NCBI GenBank assembly: GCA_965224025.1 | Contig: OZ245033.1 | Coordinates: forward strand, 3,584,001-3,648,000 | Reading direction: 5' to 3' | DNA: 64,000 bases | Origin: Candidatus Multivorans sp. | GTDB taxonomy: Bacteria > Acidobacteriota > Thermoanaerobaculia > Multivoradales > Multivoraceae | Shown here: piece by piece, positions 32,801 to 42,362 of the stretch | Numbering within the stretch: the stretch's first letter is position 1 | Layout: each line of letters begins with the position of its first letter | Program-made: the position numbers and the translations under genes | The notes under the pieces: generated by a model | Told to the model about the DNA's origin: nothing | Databases searched by the model: none | The model's input: only the letters and a program-made list of their open reading frames with translations

Positions 32801-33530
32801 GCGGGCGGAGTCCGACCTCGACGCGCTCCGGATCGAAACCCAGCACGGCCGCGCTGATCAACTGGTCCGATCCCCGCGCCACGGTCGCGTTGCCGGGCCC
32901 CACTCGCAACTGGTAGGGATTGTCCGCAGCGGCCGCCCGCCAGGGCGCGAACAGCAGCATGGCGCCGTGTTGCAGGAAGGCGGGGCTGAGCAGTACCGCG
33001 GCCATGCCGGCGCTCGCCACGCCCGCCAGGGCTGCCGAGAAGCGGCGAAGCGATCCGCGCTCGATCCGGGAAGCAAAGCCGCTGTTCTGGCAGCGCTCGA
33101 TCGCTTCTTCCAGGACCCGCCGCTGGAGTTCGGGCGATACTCGCTCCGTGTCGCGGGGCGAATCCTGCTGCACCGGTCCGAGTTCAACCGCGCTCAGGAC
33201 CGAGGCCTTGAGCGTCGGTTCGTGCTCTTCGACGTAGAGCGCCACCTGCTGCCTGGACACCTGCTGAACCAGGGGCGCCGCCAGCAGCCGGACGGCAAGC
33301 GCGATCAGGGCCAGGTAGGTGAGCCAGCGGAAGACAGAGACCGCCCGCTCGCTGTAGAGGAAGTAGTCCATGCCCCATACGGAGATCGCAAAGGCGGCGA
33401 ACCCGGCCGCCGCCAGCATGACGAGGCCGCGCAAGGCCACCTTCACCCGCCAGCGCGCGCGCACGCGCCGAACGACGCTCATCAGTTCGCCGTAAGTCGG
33501 GTCGTAGATGGGATCGAAGCTGGCTGCCAT
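29862..33530 (-). CDS. large membrane-anchored Ig-like plus coiled-coil protein (DUF4175-like)
   Basis: Three N-terminal TM helices, beta-rich middle (DQPP.V....P..D, AEDDYG), long Q/E/R coiled coil, C-terminal VPAGYRELVDEYFRKL; ATG33530 overlaps the upstream TGA, SD AGGAG. Confidence 0.8.
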   Translation of the reverse strand: MAASFDPIYDPTYGELMSVVRRVRARWRVKVALRGLVMLAAAGFAAFAISVWGMDYFLYSERAVSVFRWLTYLALIALAVRLLAAPLVQQVSRQQVALYVEEHEPTLKASVLSAVELGPVQQDSPRDTERVSPELQRRVLEEAIERCQNSGFASRIERGSLRRFSAALAGVASAGMAAVLLSPAFLQHGAMLLFAPWRAAAADNPYQLRVGPGNATVARGSDQLISAAVLGFDPERVEVGLRPLDASGDARGDWQQWPMNRVNAEIDLDAELMIGDVRATHDFIALNLRADTDYYVDASGVRSSIYRIRVKDLPYVDRIDLEYRFPEYSGLSDRTVEDGGDIAVLEGTEVLFSILPIFEVPEGRLLIEDEAPIDLGSGGERLSAAYTISGNTYYRIELMDDEGRWHRASAEYMITALEDQPPIVRFTSPGRDIQVTLVDEVFAQVEAEDDYGVSRLGIRYTVNGGEEIALNLLDSRSSMKKVTAGHTLFLEEMDLEIGDSISYYAEAWDRGRSKPVISDIYFLEIRPFDRNYRQAEQGGGGMGGDGGFDNTLSVQQKMIISATFRLVRDAEEYSGKEMSENLTTIALMQGRLRDQVGSLITRMGNRGQQLLEDEEFSQIIEFLQQAGTEMAAAQRELEAERPDEAMTVEKQALASLQRAESAFRELTISFQQGGGGGGGNQQLSEDLADLFELELDKLRNQYETVQRGAAEQAQAEIDELMQKLRELARRQQRENERQNRLRGRQQQGGGGGGSQQQLIDETEELARRLERLAREQQRAELQQTTQALREAVEQMKRSQAGASGSRSSAGAQGIAALDKLRDARRLLDRNRRRQLGREMEELQQRAERVSQMQSRIEEQVEELAGQEGEGGRRRSDLTARERSEFIERIMERKDRLTDEVGGLEAQLNRMTRSARDEQPEAARKLQASAEVIRDEQLKEKIRYSKGVLAGRDAEFARLFEGQIRQDIDEVAERIAEARESVGEGGGQRQDDMLERTRDLVENLSSFEARLRDRAEAGARLGQRPGQRGEQEGRQEGGEQQGGDQQGGQQQGGEQQGGDQRGGNQEGGQPGEASERGGARNQQGGARDWGRANQYGSSSGGYYQPGIFTAEDLRQFDRELQQRQQDLEALRGELRRERMDTSDLDQVLRRMGDLNLLGLNRDPLALESLRRDIVEGLRQFEYRLWRDLRGADTERVYLGNSDQVPAGYRELVDEYFRKLANDS
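30325..30445 (-). repeat. 15-bp (5-aa) degenerate coding tandem repeat
   Basis: Encodes EQEGR QEGGE QQGGD QQGGQ QQGGE QQGGD QRGGN QEGGQ. Confidence 0.8.
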
Positions 33531-35740
33531 CAAGTCTCCTCGCCGGTGGGGCTCCATGCTGTCACGATCGGCGCCGCGGCGGCCCGCCGGCGGTTGCCGA
33601 ACAGGCCCTCCGCCCCCAGAACCGCCGCCGCCGCGGCGATCAGATACCACCAGAGGCGCTGCCGCCGCTCCCGCTCCTCGGGCGTCACAGCGCTCTCCAG
33701 GTCGGCCGCTGTCTCTTCAGCCTGTTCCGGTCTGATGCGGGACGTGAACTCGTCGAGGTCCAGTGCGCCCAGGTTCGACTCCAACACCGGCACGTTGGCC
33801 GCAAGCGTCAGGCGCTCGGCTGTGACGTCCGCCCGGACTTCACGAAAGTCGTAGAAGCCCGGTTCCTCCACATCGAGCAGAAGATCACTTCCACCTGTGC
33901 CGAGGCGGCGTTCGCTGCCGGACGGAGCGACCGAGATGTAGCCGTCATCCTCGCCTCCCGCCGGTCCGGGCAACTCGACCGAGGCGACCTCGCCGACGCG
34001 GTACCACGAACGGGGCAACGAGTAACCGGCCAGGTACTGGACCGAACGATGCATGAAGGGCAGGAACACCGCCTGGACAGGCAGGGTGTTCCAGAACGTG
34101 TCGAACGACGTGGGCAACACGAGGACGCGCCCGCGCGCGCCGGCGACGGCATTGGAGACCCGGTCCTCCGACGCCGCGGGCATCAGGTCGAGCAGAGCCG
34201 GCGAGCCGTCGTCGAAGAGGGCGATCGCGACCGCGCCTTCGGGCGTCTCCAGCCGGTGGTAGCGGAAGAACGACGCCGACGAGAAGTCGCCGCTGCGGGC
34301 CGCGGCGAAGACGTCGAAGACCGGGTGGCCGGTATCGAACCAGGCCAGGGAACCGGGCGTGCCGGATAGCCGGTCCACCTGCTGCGAGCTTTCGACCCGG
34401 AACTCCCCAAGCAGAGCCGAAGTCGAGTTCAGACCGCGCTCGACGCCGAGCAGCAGGCCGCCACCTTCGCGGACGAAGCGGACGACCGCCGCGACGGCCG
34501 CGGAGGAAAGCTGCTGCGCCGCGTCGTTGATCACGAGGACGGACTTGCCTTCCAGCATCGTCGGCTCAACACCGGAAGCCTGAACTCTGTTCACCCTCAG
34601 GAACGGACGGCGGCCGAGCGACAGCGCCTCCTCGAGGTAACGCCCGCGGCGCCGGTCACCGCCGGGCTCGATGACCAGCACACCGACTTCGTGCGCGGGA
34701 GACAGCACGAAGTGGAACTCGTTGTCGGTGTCCAAAGCGTCCTCGCGGAGCCGCACCGTGCCCCGTGTGGTGCGTTCCCGCTCCAGGACCTCGGGCGCGA
34801 AGTTGACCATCGTCGACGAGTCGAGCGGCAGCTCCACAGCCCGGGTCTGGATGACCTCTCCGTCGAAGAGCAGGTCGACTTCCGCCTGCAGAGTTCCGAC
34901 CGCTCCATCTTCGCCGGCCGAGTCGTCCTCCTCGGCTGCTCCGCCGATGCCCTGGTAGCTCACGCGCGCCGCGATGCCCACCCGTTCGCGGTCGCCCCCT
35001 CCGGATTCGGAGGAAGACACACGAGAGTGATCGAACACCACGTCGGTGACGGCCGCATTGCCCTCGTCCTCTTCCTCCGAACGGACATCGACCAGACGCA
35101 GTTCGACGCCCTGGGGCAATGACGCCGCGTTGTCGGGCGCCCAGGACGAACGCTGGAAGTCGCTGACGATCACCAGCTCCCTCACGGCCAGGCTTTCCGC
35201 CTCCGCGAGCACCCCGCGGGCCACCTGAATCGCCGGCAGCAGGGACGTGGCGCGGGGGACGATTTCCGCCTCCCTCGCCAGCGTCGCCAGCAAAGATCCG
35301 TCCGACGTCGGCGCACTTACCATCTCCGCCTGATCCGAGTAGACGATCAGGGCGCCGCGATCTCCCGTACCCAGCCCGTCGAACTCCCTAGCCGCCGCCG
35401 TCACGGCACGCCGCCACCTGTCTCCGAAGCCCATACTGAACGAGTTGTCCAGCAGCACGAAGGTCAGCCGGTTGACGGCGGCGGCGTTGGCCGCTCCGTC
35501 GCCCTGAAACAGAGGCCGCGCAAAGGCCACCGCCAGGAGCGCCAGCGCCAGGCATCGCAGGGCCAGAAGCAGAAGATCGCGCAGACGGCGCCGGCGTACC
35601 GAGCGGTACGGCGCCCTGGAGATGAACATCAGGGACGGGAACGCGACCACCTGACTGCGGTGACGCAAGCGCATGTGGATGATCACCGGCACCGCGACCG
35701 CGGCCAGACCGATCAGGAACAGGGGCGCCAGCAGACCCAT
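33530..35740 (-). CDS. BatA N-terminal + vWA domain membrane protein
   Basis: PVIIH..FPSLMF..LLLALR..AFARP (BatA), MIDAS DNSFSM, VSDFQ, C-terminal TM LWWYL..E. Confidence 0.88.
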   Translation of the reverse strand: MGLLAPLFLIGLAAVAVPVIIHMRLRHRSQVVAFPSLMFISRAPYRSVRRRRLRDLLLLALRCLALALLAVAFARPLFQGDGAANAAAVNRLTFVLLDNSFSMGFGDRWRRAVTAAAREFDGLGTGDRGALIVYSDQAEMVSAPTSDGSLLATLAREAEIVPRATSLLPAIQVARGVLAEAESLAVRELVIVSDFQRSSWAPDNAASLPQGVELRLVDVRSEEEDEGNAAVTDVVFDHSRVSSSESGGGDRERVGIAARVSYQGIGGAAEEDDSAGEDGAVGTLQAEVDLLFDGEVIQTRAVELPLDSSTMVNFAPEVLERERTTRGTVRLREDALDTDNEFHFVLSPAHEVGVLVIEPGGDRRRGRYLEEALSLGRRPFLRVNRVQASGVEPTMLEGKSVLVINDAAQQLSSAAVAAVVRFVREGGGLLLGVERGLNSTSALLGEFRVESSQQVDRLSGTPGSLAWFDTGHPVFDVFAAARSGDFSSASFFRYHRLETPEGAVAIALFDDGSPALLDLMPAASEDRVSNAVAGARGRVLVLPTSFDTFWNTLPVQAVFLPFMHRSVQYLAGYSLPRSWYRVGEVASVELPGPAGGEDDGYISVAPSGSERRLGTGGSDLLLDVEEPGFYDFREVRADVTAERLTLAANVPVLESNLGALDLDEFTSRIRPEQAEETAADLESAVTPEERERRQRLWWYLIAAAAAVLGAEGLFGNRRRAAAAPIVTAWSPTGEET

Positions 35741-35746
35741 GGTTCC

Positions 35747-36636
35747 CTACCTTGCCCTCATCGCGTACAGGCGCGCCGACAGGTAGCTGTACAGCGCCGC
35801 GTCCAGGGGCTGCGACGTGTCGACCAGCGTGTAGTCGATGCCGGCCTCGACCAGTGACCGGTCGAGGGTCTGCGTGTGCTCGCGAATCAAGTCCAGGTAC
35901 TGGTCTCGCAGCACGTCCGGCATCACCGCCTGCCGCGTACCCGTCTCCAGGTCACGCAGGTCCAGTTCGCCCTCGAAGTCGAAGCGGAGTTCCGCCGGAT
36001 CGAGAAGGTGGAAGAGGATGACGTCGTTGCCCTTGTGCCGGAACCCCGCGGCCGCCTTGATCACCGTCTCGGGATCCTCGTAGAAGTCCGAGATCAGAAC
36101 CACCATGCTCCGCCGGCGCACCGAATCCACGACATCGAGCAGCGGTTCGCGCAGGCTGCCTCCCCCGCCCGGCTCGATGCGGTCGATCGTGTGCAGGACG
36201 ACCTGGAGGTGCTTGGCCGCCGGGGGAACGAAGTCGACGATCGAGCTGTCGAAAGTCACCAGGCCGATGCGGTCCTTCTGCTTGGACGCGAAGTAGCCCA
36301 GGCACGCCGCGAGGTAACGCCCGTAGTCCAGCTTGGTCAGCGCCCCGGTGCCGAAGTCCATCGAGCGGGAGACGTCGAGTGCAATGGTCAGGTTGGTGTT
36401 CGTGTCCGCCTCGAACTCCTTGACGTAGAACCGGTCCGTGCGGCAGAAGAGCTTCCAGTCGACGCGGCGGATGTCGTCGCCGGGCTGATAGGCGCGGTAC
36501 TCGGCGAAGTCCATCGAACGCCCCAGGAACGGCGAGCGGTGCAGACCGCTGACGAAGCCCTCGACCACCGCCCTGGCGAGCAGGTCCAGGCTGCTGATGC
36601 GACTCAGCGTCTCCGTGTCGACGAACCTGCCGTAGC

Positions 36637-36640
<4 letters not shown>
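35747..36640 (-). CDS. DUF58 domain (vWA-like) protein
   Basis: G.HRS...G.S.DFAEYRAYQPGDDIRRVDWK, DVSRSM, ISDF. Confidence 0.93.
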
Positions 36641-37710
<1,070 letters not shown>

Positions 37711-37747
37711 TGCTCGGGGATCAGATCCGTGCCGCTCCCCGAACGGT

Positions 37748-38551
37748 TCAGTGAGTCATGCCGTAGATCAGGTAGTTCACGCCCAGCTTGAAGCCCTTCT
37801 GGGTCACGTCCACCGGGTAGTAGGCGAATTCCGACCATTCCCAGAAGTCGCCGATGTCCATGTTGTAGTTGATGACGGCCATCAGCCGCCCGGTCGGGTC
37901 ATTGTCCTCGAAGACGCCGTAGATCTTGCCCCGCACCGGAAAGATGCCGGGAAGGTCGAGATCGAAGTTGATATCCTCAAGATGGAAGAAAACCCGGAAC
38001 ACCGGATGATCGATCGTCATCGGAACCAGCTCGTATCCGGGAAGGAGCCGCCCCATCTGCCGCTCGATGTTCTCCCAGTAGATCGGATAGCCAGGCCGGT
38101 CGAAGATGTCGTCGACCATCAGGAATCCGCCCTTGAGCAGGTAGGAGCGGAGGTTCGCGAGTCCCTCCTCGGTCGGGTTCCAGAACCCCGCCTCGCAGAG
38201 ATAGGCCCAGGGATGCTCGAAGAGCCGCGGATCGGTCAACGCCAGCACGTTGCCGCCGCCCGTGAAGACGTCGATGTGGGTCATTTCCTCGACGATCCGG
38301 GTGAAGTTCTCCTCCGCCATTGGATAGTCGTGGTTCCACTTGAGATCCAGGCCCCACATGAACGGGCCGCCGCCCCACTCCGTCGGCTCGAACTTGATTC
38401 GGGCGAAGGTGAAGCCGCCCGTGTAGGGAAACGACGGCGTCTCCACCTTGGGGGCCTTCCAGAAGTCGTCCCGGGCAAACAGGGCGCCGGCCAGCGCGGC
38501 GAGCGCGACGAGACCCGCCAGTACAGGGCGGCCGCTCCGCAACAGGATCAC
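37748..38551 (-). CDS. secreted DUF4159 domain protein
   Basis: Signal/TM; W.HDYP.AE, LR.YL.KGGF...DD, NYNMDIGD.WEW, GVNY..Y.MTH. Confidence 0.88.
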   Translation of the reverse strand: MILLRSGRPVLAGLVALAALAGALFARDDFWKAPKVETPSFPYTGGFTFARIKFEPTEWGGGPFMWGLDLKWNHDYPMAEENFTRIVEEMTHIDVFTGGGNVLALTDPRLFEHPWAYLCEAGFWNPTEEGLANLRSYLLKGGFLMVDDIFDRPGYPIYWENIERQMGRLLPGYELVPMTIDHPVFRVFFHLEDINFDLDLPGIFPVRGKIYGVFEDNDPTGRLMAVINYNMDIGDFWEWSEFAYYPVDVTQKGFKLGVNYLIYGMTH

Positions 38552-41316
38552 GAGCCCTTCCCGCCTGGGAACGCGGGCGTCTCGCCCGAATCCGGCCGAG
38601 CGTCCTTCCCTACCAGGTCGAGCAGGAGTTCCTGCGCCGGGTCGTACCGGGGCGCCACCTCGAGCGCCCGCAGCACGGTCCGGCGCGCACGCTCGAGCTG
38701 ACCGGCGTCACGCTGCGCCAGCGCCAGTTCGTACAGCGCGACCGCGCGATCGGGCGGATCGAGAGCGACCAGGGCCGCGCGTTCGCGCACGGCGAGGCCG
38801 AAGCGCCCGGAAGCCGAGGCGAGTTCGGCAAGACGGCGGTGCACGTCAAGATCGTAGGGCGAAATGTAGAGCGCCCGCTCCAGGATCTCGGCCTCCTGCT
38901 CGTCGCGGCCGGCGCCGGCGAGCAGCTCGGCAAGAGCCAGGTGCTCATCCCAGGCCATCTCGTTGCTTGCCACCAGCGTCATGAGCGCCGCGATCGCCTC
39001 CTCCTCGCGTTCCTGTTGCCGGTAGATTTCAGCCAGCAGAGTGTAGGCGTTTCCGACGCCGACGTACTCCGGGAACAGGTTGCGACCCCGCACCAGCGGC
39101 GCCTCCGCCTCGGCGATGCGCTCCTCCCGGAACAGCGCGTAACCGTACGTCATCTGGATTCTGAAATCGTCCGGATTCTCCTTCGCCGCCCGCGCCAGTG
39201 CCTCGAGATTCGGTTCGCGGTGCTCGAACGGGTTTCGCGTCGGCGCGCGGGACGGTCCGCCCTCGCCGGATTCCGGCCCTTCCTCGTCGGGCTCGGGCGG
39301 CGCATCGCCGAGTGCCGTCATGGCGCCGCCGAAGAGCGCGCGGAGATGGCCGAAGAACCGTTCGTCGAAGTCTTCGAGAGCGAGGGACATCGCCTCCTCA
39401 AACACCTCCTCCGTGCTCCTGCCGTCGCGATAGCCCGCGAGCATCGTTCGAATCGCGTCGAAGCCGTAGTTCTCCTCGATCCAGTCGCAGATCAGGGACG
39501 CCTGGAAATAGGACAGCGCAATCTGGTTCGGGAACTTCGGTCGCACGAAGCCGTCGTTGATCTCGGCGATGCCCAGCAGCTCCTGGTCGCGCAGCGCGGT
39601 GAGGAAGCCCACCTGCACGTCGTCACCCCAGCCGGGCCGCGCCCGCCGCTCCTCGAACACGGACAGACCCTCGGTCAACCAGCGGGGGATCTTCGCGTCG
39701 GTGGCGAGCAGGGTGAACGTGTGGGCGATCTCGTGCCAGAGGGTGCCGCCCCAGTTGAAGTGGCCCACCTGACGCGCCGACGGCGAGTCGAGAGCCACCA
39801 CCGGGCCGAAGCAGACGCCGAGCGCGCCGAGCCCGGCCAACCCGACGGTGCGAACCGAGAAGTCGGCGTGCGACGGATAGACCTCCACCCTGATAGGCGC
39901 CGGGGGCTCGAAGCGGTAGCGCTCGGAGAGCGTCGCCCAGGCCTCCTCGGCCAGCTCGACCATGTACGGCGCCAGCAGGTCCGCCTCGCGGTCATGAATG
40001 TGGAACCCGAAGTGCTCGCTCTCGACCTTCCGGTAGTCGCCGAAGGTGTCGAGCAGGTCGAGCGTGTTCTTGGTCCAGACGTTGTAGGGGTCGCCGGCGA
40101 AGGAGGTTTCAAGAGCGGCCCGTCCGGCCTCGATGTCGCCCAGCCGGAGCTGGTTCATGCCCAGCAGTCCGTAGCCGCGCCAGGACTTCGGATCGACGCG
40201 CACCGCCTCCGCCGCGAAATCGCGCGCCTGCGGGTAGAGCCGGTTGTCAACGCTGGCATCGGCCAGGTCGTTGAACAGATCGGCGTAGCTTGGGTTGTCG
40301 GCCAGCACGCCGTTCCGGAGACGCACAAAGTCCTCGCCGCGCCCCTCGAGGAACGCCGCCGCCGCCAGCAGCGTCCGGGCCGTGAGCGAACCTGGATCGA
40401 CCTCAAGCGCCTTCTCGGCCTCCTCCCGCGCCTCCCCGAACCGCTCCGCCTGAAATCGGAGCCGCGCCTGGAACACGCGCGCCGGAATCAGGTTCGGGTT
40501 GATCTCCAGGGCCGAGTCGAGGACTCCCTGGGCTCGCGGATTGCCGTCGAACCGCATCGTTCGCGCCATCGCGAGCAGCGCCTCCGGATGGCGCGGGTTC
40601 GACCGCAGCACGTCGGCCAGCGACGTACGCGCCTGGGTGCTGTCGTACTTCTCGAGGAACAGCTCGCCGATCCGGATGCGAGGCGCCGGCCAGGAGGGGG
40701 CTAGTTCCACCGACTCGTCGTAGGCGCGCAGGGCGTCCTTGAACAGCTCCGGATCGTCGCGCCCCAGCAACTGGCAGGCCTCCCCCACCGCCACGAGTTC
40801 CTCGGCCGTGTCGGCGGCGCCACGGTTGTAGGCGTCGATCATCTCGTAGAAGCCAGCCGTAGCCTCCTCGATTTCGCCCCGGTCCCAGGCAAGCTGGGCG
40901 AGTTCGAACGAAGCGAGAAGCGCGTCCGCACCCCGGGCGGCACGGGCCTCCTCGAAGGAGCGCCGGGCCTCCTCCCGGTCGCCGCCAAGGAGCGCGACCC
41001 TGCCCCTCAGCACGCCGAGACCGAGAGCCGGCGCGTCGACGCCGTCGAACGCTGCGGCCGCCTCCTCGTAGCGGCCAGTCGAGGTCAGCGCCTCCACGCG
41101 CAACCTCAGCGCCCGGGGATCGCCCGCCTCGCCGGCCCGCGCGTCGAGCTGCTCCACCGCTTCGTCGTAGCGGCCGGTCAGGATCCACTGTTCGATGTCG
41201 TCCAGCGACACCGGCTCGTCCTGAGCCGCGGTGGTCGCGGGCGACCCGAAGACCACCGCCAGAGAGACGACCGCCAGTCCGATCCACTGGCGGGTCGAAT
41301 CGATTCGGGCGTTCAT
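38548..41316 (-). CDS. secreted TPR-repeat protein with a central gluzincin (MA-type) metallopeptidase domain
   Basis: Signal peptide, TPR-like repeats on both sides of LWHEIAH..PRWLTEG (HExxH plus downstream E). Confidence 0.85.
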   Translation of the reverse strand: MNARIDSTRQWIGLAVVSLAVVFGSPATTAAQDEPVSLDDIEQWILTGRYDEAVEQLDARAGEAGDPRALRLRVEALTSTGRYEEAAAAFDGVDAPALGLGVLRGRVALLGGDREEARRSFEEARAARGADALLASFELAQLAWDRGEIEEATAGFYEMIDAYNRGAADTAEELVAVGEACQLLGRDDPELFKDALRAYDESVELAPSWPAPRIRIGELFLEKYDSTQARTSLADVLRSNPRHPEALLAMARTMRFDGNPRAQGVLDSALEINPNLIPARVFQARLRFQAERFGEAREEAEKALEVDPGSLTARTLLAAAAFLEGRGEDFVRLRNGVLADNPSYADLFNDLADASVDNRLYPQARDFAAEAVRVDPKSWRGYGLLGMNQLRLGDIEAGRAALETSFAGDPYNVWTKNTLDLLDTFGDYRKVESEHFGFHIHDREADLLAPYMVELAEEAWATLSERYRFEPPAPIRVEVYPSHADFSVRTVGLAGLGALGVCFGPVVALDSPSARQVGHFNWGGTLWHEIAHTFTLLATDAKIPRWLTEGLSVFEERRARPGWGDDVQVGFLTALRDQELLGIAEINDGFVRPKFPNQIALSYFQASLICDWIEENYGFDAIRTMLAGYRDGRSTEEVFEEAMSLALEDFDERFFGHLRALFGGAMTALGDAPPEPDEEGPESGEGGPSRAPTRNPFEHREPNLEALARAAKENPDDFRIQMTYGYALFREERIAEAEAPLVRGRNLFPEYVGVGNAYTLLAEIYRQQEREEEAIAALMTLVASNEMAWDEHLALAELLAGAGRDEQEAEILERALYISPYDLDVHRRLAELASASGRFGLAVRERAALVALDPPDRAVALYELALAQRDAGQLERARRTVLRALEVAPRYDPAQELLLDLVGKDARPDSGETPAFPGGKGS

Positions 41317-42362
41317 CGGTCCGGCTCCCCATTGGCGCCATCCGGACCATCGCCTCCGCCGTCCTCCTCCCCGGCCTCCTCAAGCTCCCGGTCGACCAGG
41401 GCCAGTTCCACCATCAGATCCTGGAGCTCGCTGAGATAGACCTCCTCGTCGAGCGTCTCCCGCTGCAGCCGGAGTTCGTCGATCCGGCGCTCGATTTCGC
41501 CGCGCCGCAGGGCGAGTTCCCGGCTCTCCGCCGTCAGCGCTTCCGGAAGCGCTTCCTCGCCGAGGAGAACAAGACTCGCAAGCCTCCCGTCGACCGGTTC
41601 GGAGGCACCGACGCCCGCCGGTTCCAGGCTTCCCTCACCGTCGCCGTCGTCCTCGAGAAGCGCATGTTCGGTGCGGATCTGTCCAGCCTGCCGGTAGTAG
41701 CGCTCAACCTCGCGCTGAGCGAACTCGAAAGCCTCGAGGGCGGACGTGCGCCCGTCCTTGTTCCGGTCTCCCGCGGCCCCGTCTAAGGCCTCCGCGATGT
41801 AACCGCCGAACAGCGCCTCGTTGCCCTGCGCGCCCGACCTGGTCGCGGTGATCACCACCCGGCCCTCCTTCGCCAGCGGCGCGATGAAGCCGCCGGATGC
41901 GGAACTCGCGTTGATGAACACCAGGCGGCGGTCCGCGAGCGGCTCGAGCGCGGCGGCGTACTGCTCGGCCACGAGATCCCGCCCCGGCAGGTTGAATCGC
42001 GGCGGGCCCGCCGAGCCGCTGCCGTGCCCGAAGAGCAGGATCCACAGATTGTCGCCGGCGCTCGACCGCTTGCTGAGCGCCTCGATCTCCGCGAGCAGGT
42101 TCTCGCCCGTGGAACGGCCCCGGATCCGTTCCGGATCGAGGTCCGGACGTTCGCCGAGGTAGACCACGTTGTCCTCGCTCAGGCCCGCTTCGAGCGCGGC
42201 CTCCACCACCCGTGTCGCCCAGGCGTGGAAACGCTCCGTGTAGACCTGCTCGCCGCCAACTCCGGTCACCACCAGAAGGTGGCTCTCCGCGCCGAGCGGG
42301 GCGACGGCAAGCGAGCACGCGAATGCCGCCACCGGCAACCCCATGCGTCCGCGGCGGCTCAC
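41313..42362 (-). CDS. secreted hypothetical protein, probable caspase/legumain-like fold
   Basis: Signal peptide; LFGHGS, VFINASSASGGF, VITAT, DRNKDGRTSALE, LLEDDGDG; C-terminal coiled coil; GTGA overlap with the upstream gene. Confidence 0.65.
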   Translation of the reverse strand: MSRRGRMGLPVAAFACSLAVAPLGAESHLLVVTGVGGEQVYTERFHAWATRVVEAALEAGLSEDNVVYLGERPDLDPERIRGRSTGENLLAEIEALSKRSSAGDNLWILLFGHGSGSAGPPRFNLPGRDLVAEQYAAALEPLADRRLVFINASSASGGFIAPLAKEGRVVITATRSGAQGNEALFGGYIAEALDGAAGDRNKDGRTSALEAFEFAQREVERYYRQAGQIRTEHALLEDDGDGEGSLEPAGVGASEPVDGRLASLVLLGEEALPEALTAESRELALRRGEIERRIDELRLQRETLDEEVYLSELQDLMVELALVDRELEEAGEEDGGGDGPDGANGEPDR

